This document shows positions 26,101 through 39,280 of a stretch of DNA of 64,000 nt, in pieces. Each line of letters starts with the position of its first letter. Position 1 is the stretch's first letter. The DNA comes from Lytechinus pictus. Its lineage: Eukaryota. Below the pieces are notes generated by a model. It had not been told where the DNA came from and made no database searches. It saw nothing but the letters and a program-made list of their open reading frames with translations. The DNA lies in the NCBI RefSeq assembly GCF_037042905.1, contig NC_087245.1, positions 20,214,001 through 20,278,000 of the forward strand, read 5' to 3'. The translations under genes were made by a program, and so were the position numbers.

Positions 26101-29100
26101 TTTACAGACGAAATTTAGTTCTTTTTGTGAGTTTGAATAAGGTGATTTCAAAGGATGTCTATTATATATCTTAAATTTGATGACATGTTTTTATAGCCAT
26201 TGTGGACTCACCAACACAAAAATAAATTTAGATGCTATTCTACGGAGTGAAAAACACAGGTCCTGCCACAAAGAAATGTTTATTTCCTATAACAAAATAA
26301 CTATTCCCTATACATCTCTTTAATGCTAAGGAAAATAATGATTTAAGTATCGAATAGCTAAACAGGTTTGGTGGATAAGTCACCGAAGATGCACGTCATT
26401 CTAATCCATCTTCCTTAAGATTTTTAAGGAGGATGTTTCGATTGAATTATGAGAATCTATGCTCAGAAATCTTACACCAGTGGTTCTTTTACACTGGATG
26501 GTTCATCTCCTAACTCCTAAAGAAAAACGCTCTATTAATTTTTTCTCGATTTTTTCTTGTTCCATTCAAAAGCAACATCGTCATGTTCTATTTTTGCTTC
26601 TCTTGTCTGTTCGCATTGTAAAATATGAACGGGTAAACACTATGAAGCATATTGAGTTACTTAAGACGGTTGCATGCTTAACGACACATCCCATCAATTT
26701 CAGAGTTCCAGAGAGGTGAATGGAGGAGTTTGAGTGACGGTAGCACTGATACCATGGGTGAAGGTATGTGTTATAAGTAGAAATGGTTATTAGAAAGCAT
26801 ACTAAGAAAGAGATAAAAGGAATGAGAGAACAGTAAAAAAGGAGATAGAGATAGAAAGAGTGTAAGAGAGAGGGAGATGGGGAAAATACATATATAGAGA
26901 GAAAGTGGGTAAGCAGAAGAAAGAAAGAGTGAGATTGAGAGAAAGACAAAGTCAATGAGAACAGAAAGTAAGCGATGCACCGACATTCGGATAAGGATAC
27001 ATCGAGAACTCATAGGCTCTCTAGATTCCTCTAATTGCCCAAGAGTTTTGTTTATTCAATTTTCCGCGCCTAATTAAATTCCCGCCATCCTAGCTGTATT
27101 CAGGTGTCCTAGAAATAAGTCCCGGATATCGCCGAGCCGAGCTTGATGTGAGGGGAAGCGATATAGATCACGTTACCTCCCGAAATGATCGATACCAATT
27201 TGCTGTACTCTTAAGTTATTACCTTCGGGCCACCTTAGCTACATTTTGCTCAAAGATTCCCCTCCACCCGGGGTGAGAGCGTCAATGATTCGTTTTAGTG
27301 ATATACCTTTCGCTCCTTTGAGCAAAAACCCAGGGAAGTTTTCTGAAGACCGGGGCTATGTTAATGGTTTCAAGGGCTCATGACTCGGCACCATCCATGT
27401 CAATTCTACATATGCTAGTATATTATGCTACGTAAAACCTATATCAGATACCTTTTACATCTACAGTAAAGGTACTTTTGCTTTATTTTTACCATAACTC
27501 TAAATATCTCACTGTTGCATGACCGTTGGCATCAATTATTAATCCTTTGTTATGTAATTCAAATTAGATGGAATAGTGACTTCCTGATTATAGATTTTGT
27601 ATATCGTATATTCTAAACTTGCTGTTTATATTTAGTATCATTTGGCTAGAGGAAAAAAATGACTTACATATCCCTTTTTTAACTTCATGTGAATGCGAAC
27701 TGTTTGTTCATCATTTTGTAAAACTATTTCTATCAACTGCCTTTATATCAATTACTATACTAATGATCATAATTTTGTTCGGATAGTAAGATGATAAAGA
27801 GCTAAATAGTAGCTCGCATGAAGATAAAAAAAGATGCCTAAATATCCAGTGCAAATAGTGAGTTGTGATTGGTCATTACGATAATCGAACGACATGCGGA
27901 AGATTATTGATTAGGCTGAAAGAATGACTGAAATATCTCCCCATTTAAGTATCCATTTCTTCAGAGGCGCCACAAACTCGTAGCAATAGTTATCTACTAT
28001 AGCTCTCGTGTACCTAAAAAATCTTATATTCATTTTATTTCACATGCACGATGAATGCATAAGACATGAAATAGACATAACCTCATGATAGGCGAATTAA
28101 CACTTCAAATACACTTCTCCTAAATGGCTGTATCACCCTCGCTCTCTCAATTTCATTTCGAGCCATTAATTTGACACTGATGCTTTTCAATGGTAGACAT
28201 TTATCGACTGATTCTGGTGTTTCATCTGGTTTACATCAACAGAAGCAGTTCCGTGGAATCTATTCAGATACTACATCTTGTTTTCACCAAGGTCAAATAA
28301 TACAAGAAACAGGGCTATACCAAATATGATTAAATTTGCTCATGCAAAGTAAAAAACACGTAGAGCCTTTACATATAAGTATATATTTCTTATTACATGA
28401 AGAATATCCAACGATTGTCTCCGAAACAAGGCATTGTTAAATGCAAACATTCTAAAACATGACAGAGAAAAAAATAATAAAACCATTCTTATAAATTTAT
28501 GGAAGTAAATTTAATACCCTTGGACTTCATGGTACTGTTAATGGACGTATTGTCAAAAGACATCTATGTAATTCTGTGGGCTAATATACTGAATTGAAGG
28601 GGAAAGCGTCAATTTGAAAAAAGCATGTATGCACGTATTAAAATGTTTATCAGATGTCTAACATAACGTTAACACAATCACAATTTTAGGATGATTAAGT
28701 TTAGTGGACAGCTCTCGAATTTCGTAGACAACTGAGCCAATTGTAATACTATTAAAGAATTAAATTGGTTGATATCTTGTAAAATCATATATGACAGAGA
28801 AATATGTACAAGCACAAAAACAATCATAACAAGCAAAAAAAAAGTAATATGTTAACAAGATTTTCTTCAATTCCTCAGAGATCCCGTATACTATGGTAGG
28901 TTGATTGATAACATGAAACTTCTTAGGAGATCCTAATGGAACTGAATATCAAGATCCTTAAAAGATAAACAAGTATGTTCATTCATAGGTCCATGGTTCA
29001 TTCAAGCCATGATAAATGTCTCTGATGGATATCTGATATTCATTCATTTGATTCCGTCAAATACAATATTTTAATGCAAATTATTAACGCCTGTAATTTT

Positions 29101-29249
29101 GTCTTTTAGAGTTCTTGGAAAACGCTGTTTCGATGAAGACTATATAGGCAGCACATACCTCTTTACACATCAGGCTCTCAATTTCGTCAATAAAGCAATA
29201 CACAGTCCATATTGAATCACTTTATTACAATACAGTCATTTGCTCAACC

Positions 29250-29690
29250 AAACTCTCACTCTCGTCCACTCACTCACTCTCTTACACTCTCCATCACTCC
29301 TTCCCTCACTACAACCCTCTTTCCCTCACCACTCACTTCCACTCCCTCACGCCTTCCTTTGCTCACCTACGCACTCACTCCCTAACTCACACACCAACTA
29401 CCTCCCTTACTCCATAAATCACTCACTCCCTCTTTCACTCGCTCCCTAGCCCCTTCCCTCTCTCCCCACTCACTCATTCATTCACGCTCAATCCCACACT
29501 TACTCCCTTCCTAATCCTTCTCTTCCCCCTCTCTCACACACTCACTCCCTCACCCGCACACTTCCTCACTCACTCCCTCCCTCATTCCTTTAATCCCACT
29601 CCCTCTCTCTCTCACTCACTCACTCACTCACTCACTCACCCTCTTACTCGCGCACTCACTCACTCACTCACTCACTCATTCATTCATTCC
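29250..29690. repeat. Degenerate (CACT)n/(CCCT)n simple repeat
   Basis: Directly visible. Confidence 0.9.
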
Positions 29691-32600
29691 CTCGATATTC
29701 CTTGATGTCTTAAAAGTAATCCCATTTTCACTATTCATCCGATAAAATATCACCAAGTGATAAACGTCGAATTACCCCTTAAACACGTTAAACAATAAGT
29801 GTTGCCTGAATCGCGTTTTATATCTTACGCCTAAAAGCTTGACTTCTGATATTGTTCAGCCGTTAGCTGGTAAACATGCGTTTTTAATTTAACAAGCCTT
29901 TTGGAGTGTAGAAAGGGCTGTGACGCTAAAAAAGCAGCATGGATGTGTCCTGTGTTTTCGAAATATATTTACACTTATAGTAGCGTATTTCCTTAATATG
30001 TTGATTTAAAAAATAACGGTAGACATTATCATGTTAATCATATATTATTCATATACCATTTCAAAACCATCAATTATCAGGTTGCTCCAATGAAGAGAGA
30101 AACATTAAAATTGTAAATGTAAATCTGCGACTTTTTAAACTTAACAAAACAATCAAATTTACAACAGCGACGATCTTTGGGAGTGTATATCGAATGATTT
30201 AAAGAGATGCTTGAAAATGACTTGGAAATGTGTTAATATAGTCCAAAGAATATATCAGTCAGACAGAAAAAACAAAGAGGAATGGGAAAGTGGTGATACA
30301 CGCGCACGTATCCACATGACAAGTAGTTGCCACTTTCTTCCAGCTTGTATATATATCACCACAAATCTGGTCACATGAACCCTAGGGTCCCCAATAGATG
30401 ATAATACAGGTGGATCCAGCAAATTATTGTACGTTGGAAAGCCTACAGATATTGGATTCCCACAAGACTTAACTAAATTATGTATGTAAATGACTGGACC
30501 ATTAGCAAAGCATCACCGATACATGACATTTTGAAGCGGGTGTCGGAGAAAAAGTCCCCCGCTCAGCTGGCGCAGATGTGAAGCCCCTGCCCGTCACTGG
30601 TCTGTGAAAGGCCTGAGGAAAAGTTAAAGGAGAGTTAAACACATTTGGCATACTTTTTATTGACTCTTATTTCGTTATGCCTTATATATTCGACAGATTG
30701 TAGAGGTATTAGACTGGTCGGTACACGAGGAAGGGAGGAATTGGTTTGGATTACGATATGATGATATTCGAACACAAACAGGCACTTGGGGAAAAAAATC
30801 AAAGTCAATGTTTCTTACCTTCGATGTTTTTAAGATATCCTTCTTAAGTAATTAAGTTGATCTTAACTAATAATACATTTATTTCATTAACAGCCTACCA
30901 CACATGGCCTATGACAATAAAATGCATAAAAAAGTATATGTCTACACCACTAGGGTTATTTTGGAGAGCTTTTCTCAAACGATATCAACCGTAAATCCTC
31001 TTCTGTTCTATGGAATACTCAGTCTTCGATCGACAACGCGGTTAAACGCTGATGTATACACAATTTTCTGCTAATTGCTCATTCATTCAACTCTAATGAC
31101 CAAATCTACTAATTTGATTCAAAATTGAAATCAGGAGGAAATTTGACGAATTCGTCAGGACAGTTTTTATTATCCACTGCATAGTTTTGCTTTTCTTCGA
31201 AGGTAATATCCTCTGCAGCCATTCAATGGGATTGAAAGAAAGTCACCGTGCGCTTGTTTGTGCGCGCGTGAGTGAGTGAATCTGACGCGAAAGAACTTTC
31301 GTGGCTTGAATTGAAGCGAGCGTCCGTGGAAAGCTTCACTATTTGATGCATAATTGCAAGACTCAATTCATTTATTTGACCACGGCCATTTAGGTATTTT
31401 ACAATTATTGTTATTTTTCGTTCATCATCCTGATTCACCTAAATTAAAGGGAAACGTCACTGTTTTTCAGATACACAGCGCTTTACAAACATTTTAATGA
31501 ATACGCAAACGTTTATGTAAATGCCTTTCTCCCCAAAAGTGTTCATATTAAAGTAAATAAAGAAAGACACCACTTGCTCTTCCTGCGTGAATGTGAAAGG
31601 GCAGATACTAACAAATTCTCATATGAAATTATGGCGTCGGAACCGTGGCATGAGACAAACCATGATTCAACAAACCTCCTCAATTCCCTGTTTCACCGGC
31701 ACCATATAATACGATAGTATCAACTGCATATTGTATGATACCTGTATGGTCCCAGCGGCAATTTGGTCGTGGACGAAAGATCAAAGCTGTGCGTGCAATC
31801 AACTTTTGTGACTTTTCGTCGTCAAAATCGAATGAAATTTTCATTGGAATTGTTTCACGGTGGACAGTTACACTGCACAAGTAAACTAGCCATTGGGAAA
31901 TAGATGCAGCAAAGTAATGAATAATTTTTATGATATTTCATGCAATATTGATCATATTCTTTCTTTGTCAAATACACTCGTACGTTTCTTGATTATAATA
32001 ATAACGTGAAAATCGGCAGATAAAATTCATCACATTAATTCAAAAGAGTTATAGTCAAAATAATACTTATGGGCCTATGGGATCACTGTATCCTGTTGGA
32101 TAGGCAACAGTATCACACAATGTGTTCATAATGTGTTCATATGGTAATATATATGAAGATGTGATTTACAGTGTTGGAATGCGCAAATTATCAATGTGGA
32201 GATGATTTCACACTATGGACACCTCTAGAGAACAAGTGATTAGTATGTAGACTCTGCGAATAGGAGATGCATAGTGTTAAATTTGAGCATTTTAACAGTG
32301 TGTATGTAAGTCATCATTGTATTCCACACTGTGAGGACAATGTGTTCTTTCCAATATGGTTATAGAAACCTATTCAATCTTATACCCTCTTTAGCTATAC
32401 ATGTGTGTTAAATAACACTATCGGAGTGGGTGAGAGAGAGAGAAAGAGGGGAGAGCAATTTAGAACATGAAAAATCAAATAGAGATCTACAAGAAAATGG
32501 CTACATGAAAGGACTCTATTCGGCAATTGCCTTAATCATTACACACATAATACCTCACTTTAAACACATTTTGCTGACACACCGTGTATAGGAATCGACA

Positions 32601-33086
32601 TCTCCCAAATTGAAGCTCGGCGTTGCTCCTGGCCCCTGAAGACATTTATCGCCCCGTTCATGCGGGGCATCGACTTGCCAAGAAACGATCGCACGGATTC
32701 GATAGTACACGATGAAGGTGAACTGACTGTGGGGACGAGGCTAATGTTCAACTTAAAAAAAGTCGACTCCACAAATTATTCCAGATTTGACAGCTGTGTA
32801 AATGCACAGGCTATCATTCTAACCTTCTTGTCAGGATCTGTCAATAAAGATACATCAGGTGGGAATGATAATGGACGTACTTGGTGCGTCCATACCAAAG
32901 ATTGCGTACGGAGATGAGGTCATTGAAAATTATACCTTATTTTTCATCAGTTTTGTTATTTGAATAATTTTTATAAAATGTAATTTCATTTCAATCATTA
33001 TGAACATAAGAAAATTTAAAATATATTACAAATTATATTATTCTTTATCATCTGTGATATTATCATTATTTTTTAATTATCATTAT

Positions 33087-33323
33087 AGAGTACCGAAGCG
33101 GATGGCGTCAGTTGCCATGGTGCTATGGCGGCTTGGTTCTAAACACATGAACCCGGAATGAAAGCGTGTATTTCTCATAGGAGAAAATGGATGCTATCGG
33201 AATGATCGCTTGCAACCTATTTTTCAGACCAGCCAAAATTGTGTAGACGATCGTCACGTGCGACTCTGTTTAGAACCAGCCCGCCATGCCACCATGGCAA
33301 TTGACGTCACACTTCGGTACTCT
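33087..33323. mobile_element. MITE with ~60-bp TIRs
   Basis: AGAGTACCGAAG..GTCAGTTGCCATGGTG..GGTTCTAAACA versus TGTTTAGAACC..CACCATGGCAATTGACGTCACACTTCGGTACTCT. Confidence 0.85.
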
Positions 33324-33662
33324 TTTCCTGTTATTATTATTATAATTATCATTATTACTATTATTACTATTGCTATTATCATTATCATTATTTTCTTCAT
33401 CATTATCAGCATCATCCTTATAATCGCTAACACAGAGGCTTTACAGAGTACTCTGTATAATTCAATGATGAATAATTTTGTTGTTTGCATGATCATAACT
33501 ATCATTGATTGACATTCCAGAACTGACTGTATGTATACATATATATAAATATTATGAATAATCATACAACACCCTGCAGAACCTGCCATGAAGCAAATTT
33601 TTGGATTTTTAAAGTAAATTGATAAACATTCTTCAACATTTTTTATTGTTATAATATACAAG

Positions 33663-34455
33663 TATATCAGGCTTTGAGAAAGTATAGTGGGAATTATTTA
33701 TCCGAGGATGGACTGGCAATCACTATTTTATCCGAAGGTTATTATTGCCAGTCCAACCGAGGATTAATAATTCCCACTATGCTTTCGAAGGAAACGCCTG
33801 ATATATTTGTTTTATATCCCTCTTTAACTTGTAGACCCAGTCCTTGCTGATATGTGACCGATCTAGACCAATTCTTACGTTGCCGGACCTAGTCCTACAA
33901 ATCACAATGTAGGTCTGTCGAGCTAATGCTATCCAGTTCCTGGGTAGATTGCGCGCCGCTTCTAGCCGACTGCAGTCAATGAGAGGTCCGCTGCGCGGCG
34001 CCGCTGCAGTTGCACTTAAAATGAAATTGTAAACGCGCAGGCTAAATAACGGATCGTGACTCACCTTGTTACTTGATAGATCTAGGTATAATTTGAATAA
34101 TAATGTATGAAAGGCCGTCATGGAATTAAATTTTCTGCATGATAATGTAGACCCGATTCCACACTGTTTTTTTTCTTCAGATTGTCGGTAAGTAATTTAT
34201 ACGAGAACTTATTGTTATCTATTTTTGCGGATATCGGGTCAGGGAGCATGCGCAGTTCAACTATGAGGGAACATATCGAACATGAACATGCGCAGTTTTT
34301 TTATAGCGAAAAATGTGCGAAGCTAGAAGAAAACTATACGGAGCTAATTTGCAGCGATATGCTTTCCGAATGATATTATACTTTGTCACATGATCGCGAA
34401 TTGACCAATCGTTTATCTAGAATACTCATGAATATTCATAAGAGGGATATAACAA
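33663..34455. mobile_element. Non-autonomous element with a terminal long hairpin and asymmetric sub-terminal inverted repeats (Helentron/Crypton-type, unresolved)
   Basis: Hairpin 33663-33805 (TATATCAGGC/GCCTGATATA, ATAGTGGGAATTATT/AATAATTCCCACTAT, GGACTGGCAAT/ATTGCCAGTCC). TTATATCCCTCTT (33812-33824) is inverted to AAGAGGGATATAA (34440-34452). Confidence 0.7.
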
Positions 34456-35209
34456 GAAATATTAAGTTATTTCTAATCCATTCATTGGTAATTATAACTT
34501 AAATACACGGAATGAAACTGAATCATACGATTTGTAATGACTTAATCTTCTACATTAAAAAAAGTATGTTGACACACATCAATTAAATTCATATTATTCT
34601 TGGCAAGTTTAAGCACTACAAGTCATTTCATTTGCGATACAATGAAAAACGTAGTATAGATAATGAAATTAGCTGTCACTTACACCAACTAGAATGCACA
34701 TAATGGAAAGGAAAAGCATCTCAATCATTTTCCCGAACTCATAAAAACAAAGTAGAGCGTGATTTGGCAAATAAACCGGCCACTTAAAAATTGGAGGAAA
34801 CCCGTGGCGTATCATTATATCCCCGTGCTCGCAAACAAGCACGTTTTCTCGAAACACATCTCTCAAATCCATTTCATGACGAGAACATAGAAACTATATC
34901 ATGAAACATAACTTAAATAATCTAATATGTCCACAATTTGACGTCTATGACATCATGCTTGGTCATGTGATCAGGAAGTTGCCTTGGATTAAAATCATGA
35001 ACATAGCTCTTCATTTGAATTTGAAAGAACATACCGATGGCGTTCGTTAATCTTTTTCTCTGAAATACTCACAGTCAAGGGGCGCTACCCTTTGGGCTGA
35101 GAAATTCCATATTCTTGAAAAGTACAGTGATATTTTAAAGTCGTTTTCACGCTGTTATGGGAATATAGTCTGGGCCAGTTGAGGACACATAGCATTTGAT
35201 TTTAACATA

Positions 35210-35302
35210 GGTGCCGTGGTGGAATGGTTTTGGACACATGACCTCTGACTACATGACTAGAGACATGAGATACGTGAAAGTCCAGGGTTCGAAACCTGGC
35301 TT
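35210..35302 (+). mobile_element. Decayed tRNA-derived SINE head
   Basis: A-box-like TGGTGGAATGG and B-box GGTTCGAAACC; no intact cloverleaf. Confidence 0.5.
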
Positions 35303-36501
35303 GTTTAGAGTAAGATATGATATCTTCATTGCTCTTTTACGTCTTTCACATGATTTTTAAAACGTACACAATCGCATCTGATAAACCCCAATACACTCAC
35401 CCACAAACACATGACCCATTCACACGCACACAAGAGCATGATTTCATTAGGATTAATGTTAGTTTATTAGAGATTATTGATAAGTCTTCTATTGGTCATG
35501 TTGTGTATGGAATAATTATGTCCATTTTAGAATAATACCTCTAAGGAAATCGTACGTGCTTGCATTATTAAAGAACTTCCTATGAAAAAACAATGGGAGT
35601 TCATGAAAAATTTTCTCGAGGCTTACATCAAAAGGAACTACAGTAGCTTCAAGTTGGTGATTATTATGTTTTATGAAAATGACCCATCAGCTGCCTGAAA
35701 TCATAGACGTGGTTGCGAGTCCATGATCAAATCAAAGGATACGTTTTCTTCCGCTAAAGTTTGGCTAGGTAGACAATATCAAAACATGTGAGCTTAAACA
35801 AACACAAAATGTATCTTTAGGAGGGCTTGACCTCCTTCCTAAAGTATGGTGCTTGGTCTAGCTCATCAAAAATATACAAAAATACACTTTAATTATGAAA
35901 CTTGCATACACTTATGGACGAAACCCTACGTCACCGAACGTTAAAGAACAAGCCTTTAAATTAGCTATCCAAATTTATTGACGCGTTTTAAAGGAGACTG
36001 TTGACCTCTTGAGCTAGTAAAATGAAAGATAATATTCTTATTGGGTCGTCTTGGGATTAAGATATTTTACCCATTTCAAATTTGAAAATGTGGTTGGAAT
36101 TATTCGGGTGTAGACATGTATAAATGTCTGGACATGTACATACACGGTATCACAGGGTCAGGATTGGAATTTTACCTGGAAAATCATTGTTGTCCACATT
36201 TGACTCAGGTCTAAAAGTAAAATTTGATATCTTGGGTTGTTTCTTAAAGCTGTATATACACAGACCTTATTGATGACTAAAGTGACAATTTTTCGTCTTT
36301 ATTAGATATCAGGCATTTTGTCTGAATAGCCCAAATCGAATGTTCTTGTAGTTTTAACAACAATAATATGTTTTAACAGATTTTTAATCTTAAAAGCTGA
36401 TGGAATTCAAAATGTCTGAGGCTATGATAACAGAACTGCCAAATATAGCACAATTGGTCTAATGTAAGAATTCTAAAAAATACGCTTTCATTTTATATAT
36501 A

Positions 36502-38394
<1,893 letters not shown>

Positions 38395-38452
38395 AAAGCG
38401 TATTTTTTTATCTGACGGTCAATCGGATCGGGGTCGCCCTAGCTACTAACCC

Positions 38453-38524
38453 GTCTCTGTGGTCTAGTGGTTAAGGCACCGGCGTTCAAAGCTGGGGGCC
38501 CGGGTTCGATTCCCGGCAGGGACA
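38453..38524 (+). tRNA. tRNA-like gene, anticodon TCA (opal-suppressor-like; not tRNA-Sec fold), copy 1
   Basis: Acceptor GTCTCTG/CAGGGAC; D stem GTCT/AGGC; anticodon stem CCGGC/GCTGG with loop GT-TCA-AA (38486-38488); 4-nt variable loop; T arm CCGGG-TTCGATT-CCCGG; discriminator A; TTTTTT terminator. Function unproven (G32 is atypical). Confidence 0.75.
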
Positions 38525-38860
38525 TTTTTTCGGCATCACCAATTTTTCCAAAAGGGTAGATAGCTCTGGGGAACCCTGATTTAAGCTACGCCTACCATTG
38601 TTCTCTTCATCCATTTCTTTCACACAATATTTAAATAAAAGAGTTGCCAAAGCTGTAGTACATGTATAACTTCACACATTTGTATACTTTCTCCCATACG
38701 TGTACTGTATCAAACAATAGCTTTGATCCAGCTGAGGCATGGCGGCTTGTCGTTGTTCAAAACCCACCTTCACCCGACAAAGGAAATTATAGCTGGTATG
38801 GTGTCGAAAATCTGTCGATCTGACGGTCAATCGGATCGGGGTCGCCCTAGCCACTAACCC

Positions 38861-38932
38861 GTCTCTGTGGTCTAGTGGTTAAGGCACCGGCGTTCAAAGC
38901 TGGGGGCCCGGGTTCGATTCCCGGCAGGGACA
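38861..38932 (+). tRNA. tRNA-like gene, anticodon TCA, copy 2 (identical to copy 1)
   Basis: Same 72-nt cloverleaf; anticodon 38894-38896; T6 at 38933-38938. Confidence 0.75.
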
Positions 38933-39055
38933 TTTTTTCGGCATCACCAATTTTTCCAAAAGGGTAGATAGCTCTGGGGAACCTTGATTTAAGCTACGCC
39001 TACCATTGTTCTCTTCATCCATTTCTTTCACACAATATATATATATATATATATA

Positions 39056-39280
39056 ATATGGTTTCTCAGTCAATGTATATTATTCTACAGAGTTAGCTTG
39101 TAAAGGTGCTCCCTAAGTTAAAATAAAGCCAGCTATATGCTTTTAAAATTCGCAAGCGCCGATCAGGTTCTTGCCTCTAAAATCTCTCGGTGAAAAATTT
39201 ATTTGTTAAGTATAATCATGTATCTTGGCAAGATGATGTTATCTTATCGTCAGTTTTAAAGGAGTTTCTCATTTAAAATA
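39056..39280. mobile_element. ~220-bp (TA)n-associated interspersed repeat, copy 2 (inverted relative to copy 1)
   Basis: Reverse complement of 17934-18151; the same end (ATATGGTTTCTCAGTC) abuts (TA)n in both copies. Confidence 0.85.

Larger units (their letters stand above)
38410..39038 (+). mobile_element. tRNA-carrying 1.5-mer repeat (408-bp period) ending in (TA)n
   Basis: 221-bp direct repeats 38410-38630 and 38818-39038 (2 mismatches) separated by a 187-bp spacer; (TA)n at 39035-39055. Confidence 0.85.

Noticed and set aside
38453..38524. Selenocysteine tRNA call based on the TCA anticodon
   Set aside because: 7-bp acceptor stem, 4-bp D stem and 4-nt variable loop are incompatible with the eukaryotic tRNA-Sec 9/4 long-arm fold.
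39225..39275. Possible hammerhead on the minus strand (GAAAC..CTGACGA-TAAGAT..ATCTTG)
   Set aside because: No GAAA after the putative stem II, no closing stems, and copy 1 has TAACGA at the core.
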